Shown: positions 10,819 to 20,998, counted from the first letter of the stretch. The stretch: DNA of 64,000 nt from an uncultured Phocaeicola sp. (GCA_944322395.1 CALUPA010000002.1:18-64017), one strand, 5' to 3'. Notes: a model not told the origin generated them from the sequence alone. Numbers and translations: made by a program.

Positions 10819-11841
10819 TTAACGCATCAGGAACGAAAATCTGTCCACATTCTTAAGCGCAATTCCTGTACCCTTTGCTACACTAAGCAACGGATCTTCT
10901 GCTACGTGGAACTGAATATTTATTTTATCAGTCAGACGTTTAGACAGTCCTCTCAACAGAGCACCTCCCCCTGCAAGATAAATACCATTGTTTACAATAT
11001 CTGCATACAGTTCAGGAGGTGTGTTTTCAAGAGCGCTCAAAATGGCAGTTTCAATCTTTGCTATACTCTTCTCCAGACAGTGAGCTATTTCCTGATAGCA
11101 TACAGGTACCTCCATAGGAAGAGCTGTGATACGGTTAGGACCGCGAACGATATAATCTTCAGGAGCCTCATCACCAAGATCGGTAAGAGCTGCACCCACA
11201 TGTATTTTTATACGTTCAGCCATACGTTCGCTAACTTTCACATTATGCTGACGACTCATGTACTCTTGAATATCAGCAGTCAAATCATCGCCTGCAATAC
11301 GGATAGAATTATTTGAAACTATACCACCAAGTGAAATAACGGCAATTTCCGTAGAACCGCCACCTATATCTACAATCATATTGCCTTCCGGGGCCTCAAC
11401 ATCAAGGCCGATACCAATAGCAGCAGCCATAGGTTCAAAAAGCAAATATACATCTCGTCCTCCCGCATGTTCAGCACTGTCACGAACAGCACGCAGTTCT
11501 ACTTCCGTAGAACCTGAAGGTACCCCTATAACCATCCTTAGAGAAGGAGTGAAAAGTCTTTTCCCTGGATTTACCTTCTTGATAAGTCCGCGCATCATCT
11601 GTTCGCAGGCATTAAAGTCAGCAATCACCCCGTCACGCAACGGACGTACTGTTCGGATATTAGGATTCTCCTTTTCGTACATTAATTTTGCACGTTCTCC
11701 TACCGCAATCATTTTCTCCGTACGTCTGTCCAAAGCCACAACAGAAGGCTCGTCCACAACTATTTTATTATTACTTATAATGATGGTGTTGGCTGTGCCA
11801 AGGTCCATCGCTATTTCTTGTGTAAAAGAGAATAAACCCAT
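10819..11841 (-). CDS. mreB: Rod shape-determining protein MreB
   Basis: DLGTANT, PLRDGVIADF, DIGGGSTE, LAGGGALL. Confidence 0.97.
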   Translation of the reverse strand: MGLFSFTQEIAMDLGTANTIIISNNKIVVDEPSVVALDRRTEKMIAVGERAKLMYEKENPNIRTVRPLRDGVIADFNACEQMMRGLIKKVNPGKRLFTPSLRMVIGVPSGSTEVELRAVRDSAEHAGGRDVYLLFEPMAAAIGIGLDVEAPEGNMIVDIGGGSTEIAVISLGGIVSNNSIRIAGDDLTADIQEYMSRQHNVKVSERMAERIKIHVGAALTDLGDEAPEDYIVRGPNRITALPMEVPVCYQEIAHCLEKSIAKIETAILSALENTPPELYADIVNNGIYLAGGGALLRGLSKRLTDKINIQFHVAEDPLLSVAKGTGIALKNVDRFSFLMR

Positions 11842-11933
11842 CTTTTAGGTCGTTGTTTATTAATATGGCATAAGGATTAGCATACCATTATCACGACATG
11901 CTAACCCTTCTGCTACAAATTAAATATGTTATA

Positions 11934-12536
11934 TTATTTAGTATTTTCTGCAAAGTAAGCGTGTATTGCAGTATCATAATGCGAAGATACTCCAAATGCT
12001 TCGCGAGCAAGAGCCTTTCTTTCATCGCGAGTAGTTACAGCACCTCTTTCGTTCAGGATATCCTGCAGTGTTGGATACTGTTCCTTGCTGGCTACAATAA
12101 CCACATCGTTAAAATTCTTTGCAGCAGCACGTATAAGTGAAATACCACCTATATCTATCTTTTCGATTATATCCTGTTCACTAGCACCAGATGCTACAGT
12201 AGCCTCAAACGGATAAAGATCTACAATAACCAAATCTATTTCCGGAATTTCATACTGTTCCACCTGCTTACGGTCACCTTCAAGTTCTCTGCGGCAAAGA
12301 ATACCTCCAAAAATTTTCGGATGAAGAGTCTTTACTCTTCCACCTAAAATAGATGGATAAGTAGTAATATCTTCTACGGCCAAACATGGATAGCCCAATG
12401 ATTCTATAAACTGACGTGTTCCTCCTGTACTAAGAAACTGTACGCCTTCCTCATGAAGTTTGGCAATAATCGCATCCAAACCATCCTTGTGATAAACCGA
12501 AATAAGAGCGGTCTTAATTTTCTTTGACTCTGACAT
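11934..12536 (-). CDS. purH: Stand-alone IMP cyclohydrolase (N-terminal MGS-like domain of PurH only, 200 aa)
   Basis: ALISVYHK, STGGT, GGRVKTLHP, IDIGGISLIRAAAKN. Ends before the LRYGENPHQ/transformylase half. Start at MSESK, downstream of a -7 box. Confidence 0.88.
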   Translation of the reverse strand: MSESKKIKTALISVYHKDGLDAIIAKLHEEGVQFLSTGGTRQFIESLGYPCLAVEDITTYPSILGGRVKTLHPKIFGGILCRRELEGDRKQVEQYEIPEIDLVIVDLYPFEATVASGASEQDIIEKIDIGGISLIRAAAKNFNDVVIVASKEQYPTLQDILNERGAVTTRDERKALAREAFGVSSHYDTAIHAYFAENTK

Positions 12537-12562
12537 TGTTATTGTATTTTTAAATTCGACTA

Positions 12563-12570
12563 CAAACTTA
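12563..12570 (-). promoter_or_regulatory. Bacteroidetes -7 promoter box for purH-N
   Basis: TAAGTTTG on the minus strand, matching TAnnTTTG. Confidence 0.7.
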
Positions 12571-12730
12571 CACAAAAAATCTTGATTAATAAGCGTATTA
12601 ATAAAAATAAAGACTTTAAAGTATATATATTTGGAATGAATGTAATCCTTATAATATTTCAAGAAGTATTTTCCCTAATAAAATATACTTTAAAAATTAT
12701 ATTTACAATCATTGAAAAATATAACAAATA

Positions 12731-12791
12731 AAACGACTTGTTGTTTTAATGAAAACGCTTTGACGTTTTAAGTCAAACGACAAAGCGTTTT
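12731..12791. repeat. Three palindromic units AAACG-N6-(C/T)GTTTT at a 22-bp period
   Basis: AAACG starts at 12731, 12753 and 12775: aaacgacttgttgtttt, aaacgctttgacgtttt, aaacgacaaagcgtttt. Confidence 0.8.
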
Positions 12792-12881
12792 CCTATGAAT
12801 CTGTATTTACAGACATTAAAGCATTATCTGAGTCATATTTCAGCTATTTGATTATTTGAAAAGCATGCAATATTCACTATT

Positions 12882-12912
12882 TAGTAACATGTTTGTAACA
12901 TAATTGTAATAT
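12882..12912 (+). promoter_or_regulatory. Pho-box-like 11-bp direct repeats upstream of the phosphate transporter
   Basis: tagtaacat (12882), ttgtaacat (12893), ttgtaatat (12904), just upstream of a variant -7 box GACCTTTG (12932-12939). Confidence 0.6.
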
Positions 12913-12968
12913 ATATTTAGAATTAAATTACGACCTTTGCATCGAAAAATCAAAGCTTAATTATTTTT

Positions 12969-15263
12969 ATGGAAACTATTTATTTGGGAATTGTGATATT
13001 CCTGTTCATGCTGGCGGTATTTGACCTTATGGTTGGAGTCAGTAACGATGCCGTGAATTTTATGAACTCCGCTGTAGGAGCAAAAGTAGCAAAATTCAAG
13101 ACCATCATTATCGTAGCTGCGATAGGTGTATTTGCAGGAGCGGTGCTGAGTAATGGTATGATGGATATAGCCCGACACGGGATATTCCAGCCGAATAACT
13201 TCACTTTCTACGAAATAATGTGTATCCTCCTGGCCGTAATGGTAACAGACGTGGTGCTACTGGATGTGTTTAATACTTTGGGGCTTCCTACATCAACCAC
13301 TGTATCAATGGTATTCGAACTGCTTGGAGGTACATTCATCCTTGCTATCCTAAAACTAATTTCTGACGAAACAGGTCTTACTCTTGGCGACTTGTTAAAC
13401 ACTGAAAAAGCTTTATCCGTAATATTAGGTATTTTCCTATCGGTAGCTATAGCATTTATTGCCGGAACATTCGTACAATATATCTCACGCCTTATCTTTA
13501 GTTTCAATTATAAGAAAAACCTTTCATGGACTATAGGTATCTTTGGTGGTATAGCTGTAACAGCTCTTTCATACTTTATTCTTATCAAAGGACTTAAATC
13601 AGCTCCATTCATAACACCAGAGGTAATGAAATGGATAGAAGCAAACACAGCAGTACTAGTTGTAGGCTGTTTCGTGTTCTTCACCATTTTCATGCAGATT
13701 CTTCATTGGTGCAAGGTTAATGTATTAAAGATAATAGTCCTTCTGGGTACATTCTCACTGGCGCTTGCTTTTGCAGGTAATGACCTTGTAAACTTTATTG
13801 GTGTTCCTTTAGCAGGTTATTCCGCATACACTGATTTCGTTGCAAATTCTAACGGTGTAGGTGTAGACGGATTCATGATGGAATCACTTATGTCGTCAGC
13901 CAAGACTCCTATAATATTCCTTATAGCATCAGGTGTGATAATGGTCTACGCTCTGGCTACATCAAAGAAAGCACAGAACGTAATCAAGACTTCGGTTGAC
14001 CTTGCACGACAGGAAGAAGGTGATGAAATGTTCGGTTCTTCAGGTCTTGCACGTACAATAGTACGACGCGCAACAAGTATAAACGAATTCCTGGTGAGAG
14101 TAATCCCTGCAAATGTAAGAAACTGGATTAACAGCCGTTTCAACAAGGATGAAGTGATTCTTGAAAATGGCGCAGCATTCGACCTTATCCGTGCAGCAGT
14201 GAATCTTGTTCTTTCAGGATTGCTTATCATTATAGGCACTACAATGAAACTTCCTCTTTCTACTACATACGTTACTTTCATTGTAGCAATGGGAACTTCG
14301 TTGTCTGACCGTGCATGGGGACGAGAAAGTGCAGTTTACCGTATCACTGGTATGCTTTCAGTAATCGGTGGATGGTTCATTACTGCATTCGTAGCCTTTA
14401 CAGCATGTGCCCTCGTTACTGTGATTATGTACTATACTAACATAGCAGGTATGGTAGCATTCATTGCTTTGGCTGTATTCCTTCTTGTACGCAGTAACAT
14501 CATGTACAGTAAGAAAGAAAAAGCCGAAAAACAGGACGACTTGTTCAAGCGTATGATGGCAAGCAAAGATAAGAACGAAACACTTGCATTACTCCGCGAA
14601 CATGTAAAGGAAACCCTTACAAGTTATATAGACTTCAGTAAAGATGCATACGTCAAAATGACAGACGGTTTCATAAACGAAGATTTGAAAAAGCTGAAAA
14701 AATCGCTCAACGAAACAGATGAGCAACGTAAACTTCTGAAGAAACGTCGCCGTAAAGAAATACTCGGTTTGAGACGTATCCCTACTACTATCGCTATCGA
14801 AAAAAATACTTGGTTCCACCTTGGTACAAACAGCTGCGAAGAAATGCTATACTGTTTGAAACGTATCTGTGAACCATGTAAAGAACACGTTGATAATAAC
14901 TTCAATCCTGTCCATAAAGACGATGTAGCAGAATTCCTTCCTATCAGAGAAGAATTGTGCGAACTTATGGACCGTACACGTAACGCCATTATAGCCAACA
15001 ACTACAATGAAGCTGACGATATTCTGAAGAAAGGTGATGACCTCAAGAACAAAATCTCGGCTCTTCGCAAACATCAGATGAACCTTATGCAAGAAACAGA
15101 CAACAGAAGTCTTAAGGCATCAATGGTGTATCTAAACATTCTGCAGGAAACACAGGAATTGGTTAGCGTATGGAGACACTTACTCCGTGCAAGTCGATTC
15201 TTCCAGGGTGACTATGTACCTCAAGAAATTCCTCAGATGGGTATAATGGACAGTAAAGCATAA
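12969..15263 (+). CDS. Inorganic phosphate transporter (PiT/PHO4 family) with a helical PhoU-like C-terminus
   Basis: GVSNDAVN, GLPTSTT, AGNDLVN, PLSTTY PHO4-type motifs and a soluble C-terminal helical region. Confidence 0.88.
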   Translation: METIYLGIVIFLFMLAVFDLMVGVSNDAVNFMNSAVGAKVAKFKTIIIVAAIGVFAGAVLSNGMMDIARHGIFQPNNFTFYEIMCILLAVMVTDVVLLDVFNTLGLPTSTTVSMVFELLGGTFILAILKLISDETGLTLGDLLNTEKALSVILGIFLSVAIAFIAGTFVQYISRLIFSFNYKKNLSWTIGIFGGIAVTALSYFILIKGLKSAPFITPEVMKWIEANTAVLVVGCFVFFTIFMQILHWCKVNVLKIIVLLGTFSLALAFAGNDLVNFIGVPLAGYSAYTDFVANSNGVGVDGFMMESLMSSAKTPIIFLIASGVIMVYALATSKKAQNVIKTSVDLARQEEGDEMFGSSGLARTIVRRATSINEFLVRVIPANVRNWINSRFNKDEVILENGAAFDLIRAAVNLVLSGLLIIIGTTMKLPLSTTYVTFIVAMGTSLSDRAWGRESAVYRITGMLSVIGGWFITAFVAFTACALVTVIMYYTNIAGMVAFIALAVFLLVRSNIMYSKKEKAEKQDDLFKRMMASKDKNETLALLREHVKETLTSYIDFSKDAYVKMTDGFINEDLKKLKKSLNETDEQRKLLKKRRRKEILGLRRIPTTIAIEKNTWFHLGTNSCEEMLYCLKRICEPCKEHVDNNFNPVHKDDVAEFLPIREELCELMDRTRNAIIANNYNEADDILKKGDDLKNKISALRKHQMNLMQETDNRSLKASMVYLNILQETQELVSVWRHLLRASRFFQGDYVPQEIPQMGIMDSKA

Positions 15264-15287
15264 GTTGACAAACACACAATTAACCCA

Positions 15288-15330
15288 AACGGCTGCATCA
15301 GTAAATTTCCGATGCAGCCGTTATTTTTTT
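15288..15330 (+). terminator. Rho-independent terminator between convergent genes
   Basis: aacggctgcatc...gatgcagccgtt followed by attttttt. Confidence 0.85.
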
Positions 15331-15349
15331 CTGAGACTAAAATAGAAAA

Positions 15350-16312
15350 CTACCTATCAGACATCTCCTCTTCCTTGCGTTTCTGATAAAGCTGATAAGA
15401 ATTGAACACATTGTGCCATACACTATAGAAACCTGCAGCTACTGCAGTAACAGGAGTAAAGAATGTATACCCCATCCAAATGGCAAGCACTGTGTTTTTC
15501 TGTCCTAAAGCCTGTCCGGCACTTATGGTATCATCGTATTTCCGTCCCACTTTCTTTCCTACATAAAACTGCAGGAAGCATGCTACACACGAAACCAAAG
15601 CCAAACCTAACTGATACCATACCGAGACCTCACTGTGTACAATACTCTTTACTGTAACAGCTATGGCAAGGGTAAGTGCAACAGCCCACAAATAGAACGA
15701 CAGTCCGTGGTATTTACCTATAAAAGAATGAAGCTTTGGCGAAAGATAACGCAACAGGACCGCCAATATGAACGGACACAGCAACAATGGAAACACTTTG
15801 CCGAGAATCATTAGAAACGAAGCTATAAATCCCACTCCCTCCTGTGGATGTATAACAGGAACCACAAGCGGAACCAGAAAAGCTGTAACAAGATTTATAA
15901 GAATGGTATACGAAGTGAGATGTGCAGCACTACCTCCGAGTTTTCCAGTCACCACAGCAGCAGCAGTGGCAGTAGGACAAATAAGACACAACATGCATCC
16001 CTCCACCAATATTCTAGATTGTAAATCAGGGGATATATACAAAACTCCTGCCAGAAGAATAAACGACAAACTTTGTATAAGGAGTAACACTATATGCCAT
16101 CTGCACGGCTTTAACTCACTTATATCAACCTTACAGAAGGTAAGGAAAAGCATCATGAAGATAAGCATAGGCTGCACTACAGCCACAGCATGTTCAACAA
16201 AAGGTTTCGTAGATTCCAAAAACGGAATGTTCACGTAAACAAAATATAGAATCACTCCAAGAGACATCGCTATAGGCAAAGTCCAATTCTTAATAAAACG
16301 GATGATGTTCAT
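15350..16312 (-). CDS. Bile acid:sodium symporter-like transporter
   Basis: About 9-10 TM segments, CPTATAAAVVTGKLGG, GQALGQKNT. Start at MNIIRF (16312). Confidence 0.75.
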   Translation of the reverse strand: MNIIRFIKNWTLPIAMSLGVILYFVYVNIPFLESTKPFVEHAVAVVQPMLIFMMLFLTFCKVDISELKPCRWHIVLLLIQSLSFILLAGVLYISPDLQSRILVEGCMLCLICPTATAAAVVTGKLGGSAAHLTSYTILINLVTAFLVPLVVPVIHPQEGVGFIASFLMILGKVFPLLLCPFILAVLLRYLSPKLHSFIGKYHGLSFYLWAVALTLAIAVTVKSIVHSEVSVWYQLGLALVSCVACFLQFYVGKKVGRKYDDTISAGQALGQKNTVLAIWMGYTFFTPVTAVAAGFYSVWHNVFNSYQLYQKRKEEEMSDR

Positions 16313-16413
16313 AATTCTGTGTAAAAAACACGGATTACACCGGAAAAACATCCAGCATAACCCGTGCTATATTGTTTTAATAAAAATTTAGTTTTCTGCG
16401 GGCAGTTATCCCA

Positions 16414-18014
16414 TTATTTACAGTTACCTGCGCAGCGAGGCTTAATCTGCTTGAAGAAATCATTTCCTTTGTTATCAACGAGGATAAATGCAGGGAAATC
16501 TTCTACTTCAATCTTCCATATAGCTTCCATTCCAAGTTCAGGATATTCTACGCATTCGATGCTTTTGATATTGTTCTGAGCAAGGATAGCAGCAGGACCA
16601 CCGATTGAGCCCAGATAGAAACCACCGTGTTTCTTGCAAGCGTCTGTTACAGCCTGGCTACGGTTACCCTTAGCAAGCATAATCATGCTACCACCATGAC
16701 TCTGGAACAAGTCAACATATGGGTCCATACGTCCGGCAGTTGTAGGTCCCATAGAGCCACAAGCCATACCTGCTGGAGTTTTGGCAGGACCTGCATAATA
16801 AATAGGATGATCCTTTATGTACTGCGGAAGGTCTTCACCACGGTCAAGACGTTCTTTCAGTTTTGCATGAGCGATGTCACGACCTACGATGATAGTACCG
16901 TTCAAAGAAAGACGAGTAGCTACAGGATACTTGTCAAGTTCAGCAAGAATTTCGTTCATAGGACGGTTCAGGTCAATCTTTACTGCATTACCTTCGCCAG
17001 CCTGACGCAATTCTTCCGGTATCAATTCACCTGGGTTTGAATCAAGTTTCTCAATCCAGATACCATCTTTGTTAATCTTACAACGTATGTTACGGTCAGC
17101 CGAGCAAGATACTCCAAGACCTACCGGACAAGATGCTCCGTGGCGTGGCAGACGGATGATACGTACATCGTGTGCATAGTATTTACCTCCGAACTGTGCT
17201 CCAAGACCGATACGGTGCGCTTCTTCCAACACTTGTTTTTCAAGTTCCACGTCGCGGAAAGCGCGTCCGTATTCGTTACCAGTTGTAGGCAGATTATCGT
17301 AGAAACGAGTAGAAGCAAGTTTCATGCGATGTGATATGGAGGACAAGCTGCTGTACCCAAAGTCTTCATCTTTTCTACAAGGAAAGGAACAAGAGTAGCA
17401 GGGTTAAGGATAGCCTTAGTTTCCTGATAGAGGTAAGTCTTGTTTGCAGAACCACCACCCTTAGTCACACAAAGGAATTCGTATTCCATACCTTGAGTTG
17501 CTTCAATGTCAATCTGAGCTGGAAGGTTACAACGTGTATTCACTTCTTCGTACATTGTAAGAGGAGCATTCTGTGAATAACGGAGGTTTTCTTCAGTATA
17601 TGTTTTGTAAACACCAAGAGAAAGAGCCTCTTCATCACAGTATCCAGTCCATACCTGCTGTCCTTTCTCGCCGTGGATAATAGCAGTACCTGTATCCTGG
17701 CAGAAAGGAAGAACACCCTTGGCAGCAACTTCAGCGTTACGGAGGAATGTCAGTGCCACATACTTATCGTTGTCGCTTGCTTCTGGATCAGTAAGGATTT
17801 TTGCGACCTGTTCGTTGTGCGAACGGCGAAGCATAAAAGAGACATCGCGGAAAGCCGCATTAGCCATAGCAGTCAAACCTTCCTTTTCTATTTTAAGGAT
17901 TGGTTTGCCTTCAAACTCGCTTACTGATACATAGTCTTTAGTAAGCAAATAATACTCTGTATTGTCATGTCCGTGTTCGAACATTGGCTGATACTTAAAT
18001 TCTGGTGTTGCCAT
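16414..18014 (-). pseudogene. fumA: Class I (Fe-S) fumarate hydratase, split by an apparent ~43-nt internal deletion and frameshift at 17323-17324
   Basis: The 17322-18014 ORF has CQDTG, KGGGSAN and ACPPYHIA. The 16414-17346 ORF resumes at KLAST and has GPTTAGRM. The conserved FVIGGTSAExNLxTV between them is absent. May be an assembly artefact. Confidence 0.85.
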
Positions 18015-18066
18015 ATTTTTTTCAGTTTATGAGTTATTGAGTTTTTTAGTTATTAGTTACTCTGTC

Positions 18067-19326
18067 TTATTCTTCACTGTCATATGTCTGATATAGGAAG
18101 TCGTTGTATGGATATTTCTGCACATGCAGTTCGCGGACTTTCTTATAAAGCATATTCTTGAAATCCTCTAGGTTCGACTTATCCTTGGCTGAGATGAAGA
18201 TACAGTTGTCATCCATCTTCGCCATCCATGTGTGCATCAGCTCTTCGAGTGTGATATTTTCCTTAGTCTTCGGAGTGAGGTCATCTTCAGCCTTTTCCAC
18301 ATAGCCGTAGGCGTCAATTTTATTGAAAACTATCATACTCTGCTTTCCTCCAGCACCTATATCTGATATGGTTTTCTCCACAACCTGTATCTGTTCCTCA
18401 AAATCCGGATGCGAGATATCTACCACATGTACCAGAAGATCCGCTTCGCGTACCTCGTCCAAAGTTGATTTGAAAGACTCCACCAAGTCTGTAGGCAACT
18501 TACGTATGAAACCTACTGTGTCTGAAAGCAGGAACGGAAGGTTCTCTATAATAACTTTTCTCACAGTGGTATCAAGTGTGGCAAACAGTTTGTTTTCGGC
18601 AAATACTTCACTCTTTGCAAGTAGGTTCATTATTGTGGATTTTCCTACGTTGGTATACCCTACGAGTGCCACACGTATCATGCGTCCACGGTTCTTTCTC
18701 TGCGTTGATTTCTGAGTATCTATTTCAGCCAGTCTCTGTTTGAGCAGCGACATACGGTTCAGGATGATACGACGGTCCATTTCCAGCTGAGTTTCACCCG
18801 GACCACGAAGTCCCACCGAACCTTTTCCACCTCCGGCACCGGAACCACCACCCTGGCGTTCAAGGTGAGTCCACAGACGTTGCAGTCGTGGAAGCATATA
18901 TTTATACTGGGCTAGCTCAACCTGAGTCTTTGCATTGGCTGTCTGAGCTCTCATGGCAAATATATCAAGAATAAGCGAAGTACGGTCAAGAATCTTCACC
19001 TTCAGTTCATTTTCTATATTTCTTAGCTGTTTGGCAGAAAGTTCGTCATCGAATATCACCATACCAATCTCTGTCTCCTCATCTTCGTTCATCTGAAGCA
19101 GGTAATCTTTTATTTCCTGCAATTTTCCTTTACCTACGTAAGTTACAGAGTTTGGGGTATCAAGCTTCTGCGTGAAACGTTTCATCACTTCAGCCCCTGC
19201 TGTTTCTGCAAGAAAAGCCAATTCATCAAGATATTCGTTAGTCTTTCTTTCATTCTGATTCTGGGTGATCAAGCCCACCAATACAGCCTTCTCGGTCTGT
19301 GCTTCGGATATTACAAATTCTTTCAT
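18067..19326 (-). CDS. hflX: Ribosome-splitting GTPase HflX
   Basis: GPGETQLE, GYTNVGKS, LFATLDTT, DTVGFI, NKID. Confidence 0.97.
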   Translation of the reverse strand: MKEFVISEAQTEKAVLVGLITQNQNERKTNEYLDELAFLAETAGAEVMKRFTQKLDTPNSVTYVGKGKLQEIKDYLLQMNEDEETEIGMVIFDDELSAKQLRNIENELKVKILDRTSLILDIFAMRAQTANAKTQVELAQYKYMLPRLQRLWTHLERQGGGSGAGGGKGSVGLRGPGETQLEMDRRIILNRMSLLKQRLAEIDTQKSTQRKNRGRMIRVALVGYTNVGKSTIMNLLAKSEVFAENKLFATLDTTVRKVIIENLPFLLSDTVGFIRKLPTDLVESFKSTLDEVREADLLVHVVDISHPDFEEQIQVVEKTISDIGAGGKQSMIVFNKIDAYGYVEKAEDDLTPKTKENITLEELMHTWMAKMDDNCIFISAKDKSNLEDFKNMLYKKVRELHVQKYPYNDFLYQTYDSEE

Positions 19327-19351
19327 TAACGATAAATGTATATTCTGGATG

Positions 19352-19359
19352 CAAACTTA
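19352..19359 (-). promoter_or_regulatory. -7 promoter box for hflX
   Basis: TAAGTTTG on the minus strand. Confidence 0.7.
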
Positions 19360-19465
19360 ACTAAAAATCTTCGTTTATTCTCATTATAAAGATAAAATAA
19401 CGTTTATCAAGCTGTATTTTATAAAGCTACATAAACATAATAAATCCCATATTAATATAGATTTA

Positions 19466-20935
19466 TTAAAGCTCTATCACCCTTGCTCTGACATTCTTGA
19501 ATTTAGGCATAGCTTCACCTATATTCGCGTTGATATATGTAGGGTCACACACCACATATTTTTTACCATTTACACTGACATAGTCTCCATCAGAATAAGT
19601 AGAAAATTTAACAGCCGTAGCAAGATGATTAGGATAATACAACAAAACCACATCTAATTGTAATATTTTTCTTACCAAATAAGAGAATAAAACAGCCCTA
19701 TCTTCGCAATCAGAATAATTATAATAAAAGAGTTCATCCACAAAAAACGGACGTTCATAGCCAAACTGTTCCTCATCAGTTTTATATTGGAATGCAGTCT
19801 GTACAAAGTTCAATATGATATTGGCGGCCTGTTCTTCTGTTTTACCAGCCACTTCCTTCTTCAGTACCGGTAGAAGTTTGTTTGCCAAGTCATTACTCAT
19901 TGGAGTATTAGCATAAAGTTCCCAATCCAGTATAGGATAATCATTGTATAGTTTTATCAGATTATTATTGACAGATAGATTAACAGACAATTGCGGATAT
20001 TTTTCAGAAGAGAACATTCTTCCTTGCTCTTTTCTGCTTTGAGCAAGCATTATTGGCTCTGTTATCTGCATGGAACATTTCTGCATTTTACCAGCAAAAT
20101 CGTCATTGAACGTATAGTACTCTCCTTTCTCTTTTGTATCACTCAGTACATAGTATTTTTTACCTCCAATTGTCAAGAATGTTTTTCTATAAACAGTCTC
20201 TTCAACGGCAACCAAAAGTAGTAATGAAGTGTTCTTTCTGGCTATCTTTACATCATATCCACACTGTGTAAGAATATAAGTCTGCATCACTACAGATTCA
20301 TTGGCAGAAGTATTCCCCCAAAATGCATTACAAAGATCCTCCACCATAAGAATGTAAGCATAGTCATTGACACTAATCTTTTTTCTCCATGACAGGAACA
20401 TATCTACCACATCGTCCATCCTTCCGTCAGACATCGTTTGCCATGCTTTACCAACTTCTGACTCATTGATATTTGCAAGTTTGAACTTATGTTTTCCACT
20501 CTCAAAACAAATCATGACAGGAGTTCCATAAAAAGTTTTTGTAAAATAGTTCTTTCTATTAATATCATCCGGTATAGGCACAATATTCAGTGGCACTCTT
20601 GGATCAGGTTTCGGAATGCTTACAACCTTGTCAACAGGAATCCTTACAGGCGGGACAACCGGTTCTTTATTATCTTTTATTACAGGTTTTACCGGTTCAG
20701 GTTTTGTTGGAGGTTCAACTCCCTTATAATGTTTCATCATATCCCATCTACGTGAAATAAGTTTTGCAAATTCAGCATTTCTTCTTTCACGGAATTCCTC
20801 AAATTCCGTCTTAACTCTTTCTTTATATTTTGCAAATTCGGCGTTTCTTCTTTTTTTAAACTCCTCGAATGATGTTTGTGCATTCAAATTAAGTGCCAGC
20901 AAACTTAATAAAATAACTATATATGATACTTTCAT
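19466..20935 (-). CDS. Secreted protein with a C-terminal transglutaminase-like (Cys-His-Asp) domain
   Basis: Signal peptide (MKVSYIV...LNA), duplicated helix FEEFxxRRNAEFAK, Pro-rich linker, then SDCEDRA / PNHLATAV / CDPTY. Confidence 0.7.
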   Translation of the reverse strand: MKVSYIVILLSLLALNLNAQTSFEEFKKRRNAEFAKYKERVKTEFEEFRERRNAEFAKLISRRWDMMKHYKGVEPPTKPEPVKPVIKDNKEPVVPPVRIPVDKVVSIPKPDPRVPLNIVPIPDDINRKNYFTKTFYGTPVMICFESGKHKFKLANINESEVGKAWQTMSDGRMDDVVDMFLSWRKKISVNDYAYILMVEDLCNAFWGNTSANESVVMQTYILTQCGYDVKIARKNTSLLLLVAVEETVYRKTFLTIGGKKYYVLSDTKEKGEYYTFNDDFAGKMQKCSMQITEPIMLAQSRKEQGRMFSSEKYPQLSVNLSVNNNLIKLYNDYPILDWELYANTPMSNDLANKLLPVLKKEVAGKTEEQAANIILNFVQTAFQYKTDEEQFGYERPFFVDELFYYNYSDCEDRAVLFSYLVRKILQLDVVLLYYPNHLATAVKFSTYSDGDYVSVNGKKYVVCDPTYINANIGEAMPKFKNVRARVIEL

Positions 20936-20947
20936 AATCTTAGCTTT

Positions 20948-20986
20948 AAAAAAATGGCATAATCCGAGTATATTCAGATTATGCCA
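20948..20986 (-). terminator. Intra-operon intrinsic terminator just upstream of the transglutaminase-like gene
   Basis: Perfect 10-bp stem TGGCATAATC/GATTATGCCA (20955-20986) followed by T7 on the minus strand. Confidence 0.8.
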
Positions 20987-20998
20987 CAAATAATAAGT

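Noticed and set aside
17322..17346. Natural two-subunit (alpha/beta) fumarase
   Set aside because: The break lies inside the N-terminal domain and removes conserved residues; natural splits fall later, near the C-terminal domain boundary.
18015..18062. Short (g/t)agtt(a/t)t iterations between hflX and fumarase
   Set aside because: Only about four degenerate units with irregular spacing in AT-rich DNA; too weak to call.
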